In this document: positions 48,045-57,006 of the stretch, piece by piece | Layout: each line of letters opens with the position of its first letter | Position numbering within the stretch: position 1 is the stretch's first letter | Origin: Candidatus Latescibacterota bacterium | GTDB taxonomy: Bacteria; Latescibacterota; UBA2968; GCA-2709665 | Direction: 5' to 3' | Assembly (NCBI GenBank): GCA_965219455.1 | Contig: OZ244744.1 | Coordinates: forward strand, 1,440,001 to 1,504,000 | Length of the DNA stretch: 64,000 bases | Program-made: the position numbers and the translations under genes | Notes under the pieces: generated by a model | Databases searched by the model: none | Seen by the model: only the letters and a program-made list of their open reading frames with translations | Told to the model about the DNA's origin: nothing

Positions 48045-48590
48045 TTAACTCCGCAGCGCTGCGAGAAGATCCTCTGCCGATTCGTAAACCTTTCCTGACG
48101 TCGGCTGTCTCTCACTGTGGAGAATCATGAATTTCCAACGAATTTCTTGTAGCATGGCAATAATGTCATATAGATGATCAACCACTATGTTAATCTTCAA
48201 GTATGTAGCAGGAATATCCTGGTGTCGCTCCGCAATCGAGGAATATCGTTCCCATAGAGCCTTAGTCTTATCTTCGAAATTTTCAATTTGCTCTATTGTT
48301 GCCTCCGCCCCTTCTTTCATGCATAATTTCAGGTAATCATCCGGATTCTTTTCGAGTCTCTCCAGGACGTTATTCAACTTTGCGATCTCTGCAATCGCAA
48401 ACTCGTTGGTCTCGTCAGCGACGCGATTCAACAGAACAAGGCGGTCTTTTATTGCTATCTCATCCTTCTTCTCGGCATCGCTTGTTTCCAGGGGATCGGA
48501 CCGAGATATATTCAATGAGGTAGCGTAATGTTTTTCAATGCGTTTCTGAATGTCTCTAACCGGCATATCCAGAAGCAACTCGCCCATCAC
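48045..48590 (-). CDS. Hypothetical acidic helical protein, putative antitoxin
   Basis: Immediately upstream of the RelE-like gene, GAAGGAG RBS, C-terminal GKVYESAEDLLAAL resembling RelB/DinJ tails; low GC. Confidence 0.55.
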   Translation of the reverse strand: MMGELLLDMPVRDIQKRIEKHYATSLNISRSDPLETSDAEKKDEIAIKDRLVLLNRVADETNEFAIAEIAKLNNVLERLEKNPDDYLKLCMKEGAEATIEQIENFEDKTKALWERYSSIAERHQDIPATYLKINIVVDHLYDIIAMLQEIRWKFMILHSERQPTSGKVYESAEDLLAALRS

Positions 48591-48806
48591 ATGTCTCCTT
48601 CCGCGAGTAAAGAAGCGCGCTTCGGTACGCTGTGCATACTCATATACCGTACCTGTCGTACCATGTCAAGCAGAAATACAGATTGCCATGTAACTGATTT
48701 GTGCGTTGGCGTTGAGTACCGGCTCCTGGTTGTTGTTGAATAGTGCATGCTGTACTGAACAAAAGCCCGACGCTATCACCCGAAAAAAACATTCAATATG
48801 TAGCAC

Positions 48807-49085
48807 CACACCTGTCCAAAATCGGCTGCGTTCTTGGACAGCAGTGACATAAGGTTTAAAAGCTTTTTCCGTGAACGGCTGAATAGCTACGAAAAACGCC
48901 AATATTTCATACGGACTGCAGGCGTTTCTTCACCCACCGGTTGGCTTCCAGTCCTTCTGTGCTTTCTGTGCTTTTTGTGGCTATTGTCCCGCTCTACCGG
49001 TTTGGCGCGAAAAAACAGTTGCCACAAAAGGCACAAAAACACAAAAGGTCACACCTGTCCAAAATCGGCTGCGTTCTTGGACAGC
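48807..49085. repeat. Two identical 36-bp direct repeats (48807-48842, 49050-49085) enclosing an inverted repeat element
   Basis: CACACCTGTCCAAAATCGGCTGCGTTCTTGGACAGC twice; between them TTCTGTGCTTTTTGTGGC ... GCCACAAAAGGCACAAAA. Confidence 0.85.
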
Positions 49086-49280
49086 GGTGGCCTAAAGAAG
49101 GTGACCTGTATTGGCGCTACGTAACGACTTTCAAGAAAACCAGGTACTTACGCGTCCAAAATCGTCTTTTCCAAATTATCTTTGACAGCAGTGAGGTAGC
49201 ACAAAATAAGAGGTGTATAACGTGGTATGCATTGTCCTTTTCAAAACGACGGAACGGCTTTTCCATTCGAGGAGACAGGA

Positions 49281-50093
49281 ATGTCGGTGGAGGCAAAACA
49301 AAGCCCGGCGACTCCGGACGACGTGGCATTTTACCAGGAAAACGGATTTATCAGGTATCCCGAGTTTTTTTCCGGAGAAGAGGTGTCAGCGCTGAGGGAG
49401 GCCATCGACCGGGCCATCGAAGCCAACAGGGAGCGGATTATTGGCGCCCCCGGCGGCGGCAGGACTTCCGAGGCGTACGAGATGGTCTTTAACCAGATGG
49501 TAAACCTCTGGACGGATTTCCCGGACGTGAAAACATTTTCGTTCAACCACGCCCTGGCCGAAACCGCGCGGCGACTCACGGGCTGCCGCCACGTGCGGAT
49601 CTATCACGATCACGCCATGGTCAAACCGGGCGGGGCCGGCAGCCGCGCGACCAACTGGCATCAGGATTTGCCCTACTGGCCCATGGAGCCGGACGGGGCG
49701 CTCTCGGCCTGGGTGGCGGTGGACGACGTGACGGTCGAGAATGGCTGCCTCCACTTCGTGCCGGGCTCGCACAAGCTGGGTCCGCAGGAACCGATCGCGC
49801 TCGGGGTGGCGGGCGAAAGCATCGTCGACAAGATGGCGCAAGAGGGGCACGACGTGGCGGAACCCGTTGCAATGGAGATGGCCGCTGGCGGGGTGACCTT
49901 TCATCACGGCTGCAATTTTCATCACGCGGGCCCCAATCTGACCGATCGGCCGCGCCGGGCATTCGCTATAATTTATATTCCGGACACCGTCCGTTTCACG
50001 GGCGGAAAGGAAGCCGCCGGGGCCGGCGACGAGATGTCGGCCGGCGGGCCGTGGGAACACCCGCTGCATCCGGTCCTCGCGGGTTCCCCGTAG
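49281..50093 (+). CDS. Phytanoyl-CoA dioxygenase (PhyH) family Fe(II)/2OG enzyme
   Basis: FYQENGF, WHQD, SAWVAVDD.T.ENGCL.FVPGSH, FHHG..FH.AGPN....RRA. Confidence 0.9.
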   Translation: MSVEAKQSPATPDDVAFYQENGFIRYPEFFSGEEVSALREAIDRAIEANRERIIGAPGGGRTSEAYEMVFNQMVNLWTDFPDVKTFSFNHALAETARRLTGCRHVRIYHDHAMVKPGGAGSRATNWHQDLPYWPMEPDGALSAWVAVDDVTVENGCLHFVPGSHKLGPQEPIALGVAGESIVDKMAQEGHDVAEPVAMEMAAGGVTFHHGCNFHHAGPNLTDRPRRAFAIIYIPDTVRFTGGKEAAGAGDEMSAGGPWEHPLHPVLAGSP

Positions 50094-50134
50094 CCGGACT
50101 CATCTGATTTCTGACCCTGAAGGGACACAGACCG

Positions 50135-50917
50135 ATGTTGACCGACGCACAGATCTCCGATTTTCACGGGCGGGGGTTCCTCAACGGCGGACGCCTGCTG
50201 GACGACGGACAGGTGGAAACGCTTCGACGTGAACTGGATCGGGTGATTGCCGAACGGGACCGGCCGGACGTGCCGCAGCCGGTCCACCTGCGGAACCTGA
50301 ACCGGAACCCGGATACGCCGGTGTGGCAAATTGTCAATATCTGGGCCGCGAGCGCCCCGTTTCTCGAGCTGACGGGTATGCGCAAGGTCGTGGAGGAAGT
50401 GGCGCAACTGACCCGGGCGAAACGGTTACGCGTGTGGCACGATCAGATCCAGTACAAGCCCGCTGAACGGGGCGGTGTCACCATGTGGCATCAGGATGCG
50501 CCGCTATGGCCAATAATCGAACCGATGACGGAGGTGAGCGCGTGGGTGGCGCTGGACGACGTGGACGAGGCGAACGGATGTATGAGTATGGTACCGGGAT
50601 CCCACCTGTGGGGAAATCAGATCGACTTCATACGGTCGGTCAAGAACTACGAGGACATGCCCCCGGAGTGGAACGGGCGTTGCGTGGAAATCGTCCGGTG
50701 TCCGGTAGAGAAGGGCGAGGTGCACTACCACCACGCGCTGACCTGGCACGGGTCGCACGCCAACACGAGCAACCGCCCGCGGCGGGCTATTGCCATCCAC
50801 TATATGACCCACGAGACGCGGTACGTGGCCGCCGGACAACACGTCATGAAACCGTTCGTGGAGGTGCCGGACGGGGCGCTGATGGAGGGGGAACACTTCC
50901 CGGAGGTCTGGCCGTAG
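50135..50917 (+). CDS. Phytanoyl-CoA dioxygenase (PhyH) family Fe(II)/2OG enzyme
   Basis: WHQDAPLWP, SAWVALDD..EANGCM..VPGSH, HHALTWHGS..N....RRA. Confidence 0.9.
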   Translation: MLTDAQISDFHGRGFLNGGRLLDDGQVETLRRELDRVIAERDRPDVPQPVHLRNLNRNPDTPVWQIVNIWAASAPFLELTGMRKVVEEVAQLTRAKRLRVWHDQIQYKPAERGGVTMWHQDAPLWPIIEPMTEVSAWVALDDVDEANGCMSMVPGSHLWGNQIDFIRSVKNYEDMPPEWNGRCVEIVRCPVEKGEVHYHHALTWHGSHANTSNRPRRAIAIHYMTHETRYVAAGQHVMKPFVEVPDGALMEGEHFPEVWP

Positions 50918-50947
50918 TTCGGCGGCGTCGGATTTAATTAGCCGGTG

Positions 50948-50990
50948 CCCTGAGCTTTTACCCTGAGCTTGTCGAAGGGTCGGCGAAGGG
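50948..50990. repeat. Half copy of the CCTGAGCTTGTCGAAGG element
   Basis: CCCTGAGCTTGTCGAAGGGTCGGCGAAGG identical to 38087-38115. Confidence 0.7.
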
Positions 50991-51025
50991 ATCGAAATAC
51001 GTCGCATTAACGATAGGTTTTGACA

Positions 51026-51430
51026 ATGCACCTCGACGACCGCCTCGTCGAAGCGGCTGTTTCACAAGCAGAACGCCGGTTTCCAAATGGCCGCCGTGGA
51101 GCAGCCGCGCTCTATTTGTCCGACGGACGCATCCTCACCAGCGTCGCTTTCGACAGTCCAAACGATAAAGTGAATCTATGTCACGAAACAGGCGCAATCT
51201 GTGAAGCAAATCGTCTGAACCTGTCGGTAACCGCTTCGGTCTGCGTCGACAGACAATCGGAGAGCGATCCGTTCTACATCCTCACGCCGTGCGGCGTCTG
51301 CCAGGAACGCCTGGCGTTGTGGGGGCTCGACGTCGAAGTCGCCGTTCCAATGCCCGGCGCGCCTCACAAATGGCAGGCCATGAAACATCGGGACGTCCAG
51401 CCGTACTATTGGAGGAATGGGTTTGGTTAA
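51026..51430 (+). CDS. Cytidine-deaminase-like zinc deaminase
   Basis: LCHETGAICEA and TPCGVCQERL zinc-binding motifs. Confidence 0.85.
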   Translation: MHLDDRLVEAAVSQAERRFPNGRRGAAALYLSDGRILTSVAFDSPNDKVNLCHETGAICEANRLNLSVTASVCVDRQSESDPFYILTPCGVCQERLALWGLDVEVAVPMPGAPHKWQAMKHRDVQPYYWRNGFG

Positions 51431-51671
51431 GCCACGTGGCAGGTTTTACAGATCCGAAGCTCCAATCGAAAAAGCCCAACGGTATGGTGGCGGCCGTTGG
51501 GCTTCTTTGTATATGTCGATTTGCGAACCGTTTGGGTTTGCCGGGAATTCCAATTGTCGTCGGACCGGAATTTCAAAATGTCGCTAATCGGATTGACGAG
51601 AAGAGAAGGCGAACCGTCAGGTGCCTACAGATTTGGGGTCGATTATCCGATGATCGAACAGCCTTGAACGA

Positions 51672-52049
51672 TCATGGCCGGAAGGTTTTCAAGTCGAGTT
51701 CACTGATTGCGCGGTAGTGTTTGCGGTTGGCGGTGCAAAGTGTCAGATGACGTTCAACGGCAGTTGCCGTAATCAGGGCATCCGCCAGAGACAGTGCCGT
51801 CTTGAGCGTATATTCCTCCATATATACGGATGCTCTGTGACCGATGACTTCCGTGAGAGGCAAGGTCTGAAAGGCGTGATCTTTGAGGAAATACTTGATT
51901 TCCCTTAATTCCTGTCGGCTTCTCGCACCCTGAATCAGTTCCGCATACGTAACGAGCGATATCTGTCGGTCATCGTGCCTTTCTACAAGTTGAGCAGCCC
52001 CTTCATGGCCCCTGAAAACCCAGATCAAGACATCGGTATCAAAGATCAT
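51672..52049 (-). CDS. vapC: PIN-domain toxin
   Basis: MIFDTDVLI, ELIQGA, LADALITATA, TANRKHY. Confidence 0.9.
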   Translation of the reverse strand: MIFDTDVLIWVFRGHEGAAQLVERHDDRQISLVTYAELIQGARSRQELREIKYFLKDHAFQTLPLTEVIGHRASVYMEEYTLKTALSLADALITATAVERHLTLCTANRKHYRAISELDLKTFRP

Positions 52050-52284
52050 CCAGGCGGCCTTTTCTCAGATTGCGAACGAACGCGTCCACGTCCGCCATAT
52101 CTTTCCTGTCACGCCACATCCCGAACGCGGTATGGTCCGTTACTGATTTTTCCGTTCGCTGAAGGCTGGGTAACAGGATAGCCTTTTCCTTGCCTCGATA
52201 ATAGATGGTAACCGATTCGTTTCGGTCGAGCGCGAGCAATACGTCTTTCATGCGTCGTCTCAAGTCGAGAATGGTTGCTTTCAT
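52039..52284 (-). CDS. Phd/YefM-like antitoxin
   Basis: MKATILDLRRRMKDVLLALDRNESVTI..RGK; AAGGAGG RBS; overlaps vapC. Confidence 0.8.
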   Translation of the reverse strand: MKATILDLRRRMKDVLLALDRNESVTIYYRGKEKAILLPSLQRTEKSVTDHTAFGMWRDRKDMADVDAFVRNLRKGRLDDL

Positions 52285-52299
52285 AATTCCTCCTTGAAG

Positions 52300-52337
52300 T
52301 GCACACTTAATATGTGCAATTAAGGGAAGGATGTCAA
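52300..52337 (-). promoter_or_regulatory. Promoter/operator of the vapBC-type operon
   Basis: Minus strand TTGACA-N17-CATATT; palindrome TGCACA-N7-TGTGCA at 52300-52318. Confidence 0.6.
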
Positions 52338-52379
52338 GCTGCAAATTGGTTCAGGCACCGATATTGGGGTTTCTCCGTG

Positions 52380-52571
52380 CCAGACCCCATGGCCGCGCTG
52401 TGGAACGTACTCGTTGGACCTCACGACACTTCACCACCTATCGGAGTTCCAGTATCCACTTCACCGTGTATGTTGTCCTCGGTCACACGGGCCAAAAGGT
52501 CATCGAGATTCAAGTCGGACGGCCTCACAGGTTCAATGACCGGTTTCTTTCCTCGCAGCGATAATTCCACC
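52380..52571 (-). pseudogene. Remnant of mazE 3' half and mazF 5' end
   Basis: Translates VELSLRGKKPVIEPVRPSDLNLDDLLARVTEDNIHGEVDTGTPIGGEVS* then VRSNEYVPQRGHGVW, paralogous to the intact pair at 54190-54785. Confidence 0.85.
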
Positions 52572-52607
52572 GGAAAACTTGGTTTCATGCGGGTCAATTG
52601 ATGTGGT

Positions 52608-52760
52608 TCAGGCGCCGCAGCAGGATTCGTCGGGGGTGCCGTGCAGGGTTTGGCGCGTGGTTCGGGCGATGCGGTCGACTTCGGCGTCGCTCAGCGCGGT
52701 CACGTACGTTTCCGTTGGCTTGCGCACGACGGTATAGATCCGGTTATTCTTGAGTTGTCC
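52608..52760 (-). pseudogene. Duplicated 3' end (about 50 codons) of the radical SAM gene
   Basis: GQLKNNRIYTVVRKPTETYVTALSDAEVDRIARTTRQTLHGTPDESCCGA* versus GSLKNIQIYTVARDPAESYVTALSDAEVDHIARTTRQMLPGIPVESYYGA* at 54970-55122. Confidence 0.88.
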
Positions 52761-52826
52761 ATCATCGTTCGGATTGCCGGTAATAAAGCAAATGGGCGAG
52801 GATAACGTCGATTAACAGGTTTTTCG

Positions 52827-53807
52827 TCAATTCCAATGACTTAGTTCGTGCAGTGCGGGCATCAGATAGGCGATGACGATGCTGACCACCAGGCCGAAAG
52901 TAATCTTTCCAAAGTCAGAAAACACCAGCCGCAACACTTCCTGACGGCTGCGGTGCCTCTCATTCCAAACGACGGCAATCTCGCGTCCGGCCAGCAGACC
53001 AACGAAAACCCAGGTCGTGCTCATCGGGAGATGGCTGACCTCCTTGAACAGGTAAAGCACGATCCCGTAAATCAGATCTACGAACGTCGCCGAACGGATA
53101 TCAGTGGTATTTGTCTTCGTCAGCACCACCTTCTGGATCGCACCGCCATGGTTGTAAAAGATAACGGCTTGCATAGCCAGCATCATCGCGATGGACGCGA
53201 TAAACCAGCCCATGGATACGTCTGGCGTGCGACTGATCGGATTGCGCGGCAGGAAGACATAGATATTGGCCAGATCCTGTATCAGCCACTGGCTCCAGAG
53301 AAAACCGGTCGAGCACCACTGCGCAACCACCCACCACGAGTTTGTTGGGCCCTCAGTTTTCCTGAAGCGTGACTCCAGTACCCTCGTGACCCACCTGTAA
53401 ATGAGAACGGCAGCCACGAAGGCCGTCGCATACCCCATCAACGACTTGATGAGCATGCTCGGCAGTGCCTTCGGTGCAAACACCGTCAGAGTCAGGAATG
53501 TGGTACTGACTGGAATACCCCCGCGGGTCAGCAAGAGCAGTACGAAAGGCGGGACACAGTAAACCCAGCTGAAGTGATCTGGCACTTGAATCGACTGAAG
53601 TCTGCCATAGGAGACATCGCCGTCATAGACCACCCACCCATATACGAGGACGACAGTCAGTATGCCGCCGGTAAAGAGCCATAGCACCCACCATGGGCGG
53701 CGAGAGTTGGAACTGAGAAATGTCCCCAAAGTCTGGATTGCGTCGTTACCGACAATGGAATACGCCCCGAGCGAGAAGCCGATAACCATTAAAACTTCCA
53801 GACTCAT
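52827..53807 (-). CDS. Polytopic membrane protein, distantly PiT/PHO4-like
   Basis: Many TM segments; VGNDAIQTLG, GIPVSTT and LPMSTT echo PiT signature motifs (GxND, PxSTT twice). Confidence 0.6.
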   Translation of the reverse strand: MSLEVLMVIGFSLGAYSIVGNDAIQTLGTFLSSNSRRPWWVLWLFTGGILTVVLVYGWVVYDGDVSYGRLQSIQVPDHFSWVYCVPPFVLLLLTRGGIPVSTTFLTLTVFAPKALPSMLIKSLMGYATAFVAAVLIYRWVTRVLESRFRKTEGPTNSWWVVAQWCSTGFLWSQWLIQDLANIYVFLPRNPISRTPDVSMGWFIASIAMMLAMQAVIFYNHGGAIQKVVLTKTNTTDIRSATFVDLIYGIVLYLFKEVSHLPMSTTWVFVGLLAGREIAVVWNERHRSRQEVLRLVFSDFGKITFGLVVSIVIAYLMPALHELSHWN

Positions 53808-54068
53808 AGAGAATCCTCTCCAGGCAAAGTTGTGTTATGGCGATGGTCTGTGGCGATGCCGTTTCGCCGGAAGGTAGAAAAACCTGATCACAGAACAGTC
53901 GATTGGACGCTGGGAAACCGAGGGCCGGGCGTTGCGTCGCCGGGTAGGACAACAGGCAAAAAAAAACCCCGACGCGGTTCCGGAGTAACGTTCCTGTTCT
54001 TCGGTTATTCGTGTCCTGTTTCAAATGACGTTTTCCGAATCGTCAACTCACGCTTTCCTCTCCCCCCA

Positions 54069-54095
54069 ATTATACTACATAAAACCCGATGTCAA
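54069..54095 (-). promoter_or_regulatory. Possible sigma70 promoter for the PiT-like gene
   Basis: Minus strand TTGACA-N15-TATAAT; perfect hexamers but a short spacer. Confidence 0.4.
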
Positions 54096-54189
54096 ACTTT
54101 AAATTGGATTCAGGCCCGATCCGGATGGTGAGAAATCCGGGAATGGGAAGGGTTGATCTGCGGTACCTTATGACTCTGTTGGTTTTCCA

Positions 54190-54549
54190 TCACGACCCAT
54201 ATTCCCGTGCCAGGAGCGTACCAACTCTCTGTAAAACCGCATCCACTATCTCTGTAGGCAATGGACGAATCAAACCTGCGTTTCTCGCCCGCCAGTCCAG
54301 GCTCTTGACCTGATCTGACAGAATAACACCCGTCACATCCAAACCCGGTGGGATGGCGACCTCAAAGGGATACCCCTTCACCTGATTGGTAATTGGACAG
54401 AGTATTGCCAGACGGGTCTTGCTATTGTAAGCCCCGTTTGAGAGTACAACAGCGGGGCGACGTCCTCCTTGCTCATGTCCTGCCTGTGGATGGAAGTCAA
54501 TCCAGACCGCATCGCCGCATTGTGGTACGTACTCGCTCGACCTTACCAT
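54190..54549 (-). CDS. mazF: MazF/PemK endoribonuclease toxin
   Basis: GDAVWIDFHPQAGHEQGGRRPAVVLS, CPIT..VKGYPFEV, DQVKSLDWRAR. Confidence 0.93.
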   Translation of the reverse strand: MVRSSEYVPQCGDAVWIDFHPQAGHEQGGRRPAVVLSNGAYNSKTRLAILCPITNQVKGYPFEVAIPPGLDVTGVILSDQVKSLDWRARNAGLIRPLPTEIVDAVLQRVGTLLAREYGS

Positions 54550-54785
54550 ACTTCGCGGCCAATCGGAGGTCCGGTATCCACTTCACCGTGTATGTTGTCC
54601 CTGGTAACAAGGGCCAAAAGGTCGTCCAAATTCAAGTCGGACGGACTTACAGGTTCGATGACCAGTTCCTTACCACGCAGCGACAATTCGACCTGAGAAT
54701 TGGGTTGAAGTCCAATTTGAGCAGCGAGTGGCTTGGGAATACGCAGGGCTAGACTATTGCCCCATTTATGCACACGGGTTTCCAT
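54543..54785 (-). CDS. mazE: AbrB/MazE antitoxin
   Basis: METRVHKWGNSLALRIPK...LDDLL...NIHGEVDTG..GREVW; GGAGG RBS. Confidence 0.92.
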   Translation of the reverse strand: METRVHKWGNSLALRIPKPLAAQIGLQPNSQVELSLRGKELVIEPVSPSDLNLDDLLALVTRDNIHGEVDTGPPIGREVW

Positions 54786-54969
54786 ATCGTTCCTCCATGA
54801 TTTGGTAGATACAATGAAGATACATCGACAAACAGATAGATCAAGAAAAATCTCGAACAATAGCTGTCATACAGGCTGGGAATATGATTGCGGAACTGCG
54901 TGAAATATGGCTAGACTGAATTGAGACCACGCCGCATCAATCCTGTTCATCCATGTAAATTGACGTGGT

Positions 54970-55854
54970 TCAGGCGCCGTAGTAGGACTCGACGGGGATG
55001 CCGGGCAGCATCTGGCGCGTGGTTCGGGCGATGTGGTCCACTTCGGCGTCGCTCAGGGCGGTCACGTACGATTCCGCGGGATCCCGGGCGACCGTGTAGA
55101 TCTGGATATTTTTGAGGCTTCCACCCTGTTCCAGGACGTCGGAGAGGATGTTGCAGAAGGCGACGATTTCTTCGTCGGGCGGCGGTTGGCCGTGAACGCG
55201 CATGAACAGGCTCTGGATGACCAGGGGCCATCTTCGTGCAGCCAGTTTCAGATTGTCCACGATCCGTTCGAATGAGATGCGGGTGCGTTCCACCAGGTGG
55301 TAATACTCGGCGGTGCCGGCTTCCAGTTTCGCCCAGATCTCCCCGTTGTTCCCGTGCATGACGTCAAAAGCATCCAGAACCGCCGGGACGTGGAACCGGG
55401 TGCAGTTGGTGATGGCGGTGATTTTAACTTCGGGCAGGTCGAACGACCGCTTGACGTCCGCGGTTTTTTCGACGATCTCCCTGAAACGGGGATAGGTTGT
55501 AGGCTCGCCGTCGCCGGAAAAAGCGATGTCGTTGATCCGCTTGAGCCGATCGGGGATCTCCCGGAATGCCGGGTGCTGAAACAGGCGGCCTCCAATCGTG
55601 TCTCCAAGCAGGCCGTTGAGTTCGTCGATCAGTCGGTCTTCGTCCACGTCGCGCAGCACGGGTGCGACCGTGCGATCCACCTGGCAGTAAATGCAGTCGA
55701 AATTGCAGATCTTGTCCGGGTTCAGATTGATACCGACGGAGATGCCTCCGGAGCGCCGCGAGAGCACCGGATAGACGTACCGGTTGTTTTCGAAGAGCCT
55801 GGAGTGCGAGGTCACGGCCCGCCGTACGGCCGCCTCGGCGGATGGATTCGCCAT
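54970..55854 (-). CDS. Radical SAM protein
   Basis: CNFDCIYC (CxxxCxxC), SRRSGGISVGINL, FSGDGEPT; start uncertain. Confidence 0.9.
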   Translation of the reverse strand: MANPSAEAAVRRAVTSHSRLFENNRYVYPVLSRRSGGISVGINLNPDKICNFDCIYCQVDRTVAPVLRDVDEDRLIDELNGLLGDTIGGRLFQHPAFREIPDRLKRINDIAFSGDGEPTTYPRFREIVEKTADVKRSFDLPEVKITAITNCTRFHVPAVLDAFDVMHGNNGEIWAKLEAGTAEYYHLVERTRISFERIVDNLKLAARRWPLVIQSLFMRVHGQPPPDEEIVAFCNILSDVLEQGGSLKNIQIYTVARDPAESYVTALSDAEVDHIARTTRQMLPGIPVESYYGA

Positions 55855-56076
55855 ATATTCGCTTTCGTCAATCGGGATGGCGCCTGTCTGCCCTGCTTCG
55901 TTCCGCAGCGATCTGCCCGGATGGGGTTGACGCTCATTTCTATTGCAATATACCAAAGTTATCCATCTCGCGCACCGATTTCAAACCGTCTTTTTTTTGA
56001 ATCGCGTCAGGGCCGTTTTCCGCTTGTGTTCAGGGCAGAAAATCGATACCTTGTAGTCGGCAGGAAGTCGACACCT

Positions 56077-56101
56077 GGGCGACCACAAGGGTCGCCCCTA
56101 C
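56077..56101 (-). repeat. GTAG-type REP
   Basis: GGGCGACCACAAGGGTCGCCCCTAC. Confidence 0.75.
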
Positions 56102-56201
56102 GAAGCCAAACCTTCGCAATTGGACTTCGCCGGTCCGTAACGATAACCGGTGTTGGCTGACGGCTGATAGCTGTACGCTGACAGCTTTTTTAGAGGTTTT
56201 C

Positions 56202-56714
56202 ATGTCCACTTTTGTTGGCAGCCTGCCGGAACGCAAGAAGGTTTGCAAGGTTTCGTTCACGAACTGGGACAAAACGGTCGAGTGCAAACCGCACACCAAC
56301 CTTCGGCAACTGGCCATTGAAAACGATATCGGTCTCTACAACGGGATCTCCCGGTTCGCGAATTGCGAAGGCAACGGGTTGTGCGGAACCTGCACGGTCG
56401 AAGTTGTCCCGCAGGACGGCCTCACCGGAAAAGGCGCCAGGGAGAATCTACGCTTTCTGCTGCTGAAGGGAAATCTGCGCTTCGCCTGCCAGGTGGAGGT
56501 TACCGGAGACATACAGGTCACCAAACACGCGGGGTTGAAGGGGAACAAAAGGTACATACCCGGCATCGACCAGGCGGATGTGGTGCGCCTCTACCGGGAC
56601 GAGGGCAGGACAATAGCGGCGATCGCCGAGCAGAAGCAGTGTTCGGAGGCCAGGGTGGTTACCCTGCTCGAACGCGGTCGCGTCGAGTTACGCCGTCCGG
56701 GCTCGGCAGCATAG
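56202..56714 (+). CDS. 2Fe-2S ferredoxin with C-terminal helix-turn-helix-like extension
   Basis: CEGNGLCGTC...RFACQ; tail VVRLYRDEGRTIAAIAEQKQCSEARVVTLLERGRVELR. Confidence 0.8.
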   Translation: MSTFVGSLPERKKVCKVSFTNWDKTVECKPHTNLRQLAIENDIGLYNGISRFANCEGNGLCGTCTVEVVPQDGLTGKGARENLRFLLLKGNLRFACQVEVTGDIQVTKHAGLKGNKRYIPGIDQADVVRLYRDEGRTIAAIAEQKQCSEARVVTLLERGRVELRRPGSAA

Positions 56715-56748
56715 GCGCGGGACACCAGACGGAGCGGTGTATACAAGG

Positions 56749-56770
56749 GCGACTATAGGTCGCTTTTTTT
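56749..56770 (+). terminator. Probable intrinsic terminator
   Basis: GCGAC-TATAG-GTCGC followed by T7. Confidence 0.5.
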
Positions 56771-57006
56771 GTTAGCTGATGGGACGCGCGATCAGGGCCG
56801 AACGACACCATACCGGAGGTATCCATTCCGGTTGTCGCGATGCGGCCAAGCCCTGCGGGGGTTCCCGTCCGGCGTTCCAGTCCACCTTCATTTGATCAAA
56901 TACGGACATATTCCAGTTCAGTGCCTGCATCGAATGGTTTTACAAAATATAAAGTGATGCTTCAGTTCAGGTTCAACCCGCCACACCTGCCACGCCAGTA
57001 TACGCC

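Noticed and set aside
48807-49196. 36-bp palindromic repeats as a CRISPR array
   Set aside because: Only two exact copies, 207-bp interval, no regular spacers, no cas genes in the window.
51672-55122. Classical integron cassette array
   Set aside because: No intI and no attC-type R''/R' hairpins recognised; junctions derive from the radical SAM gene end instead.
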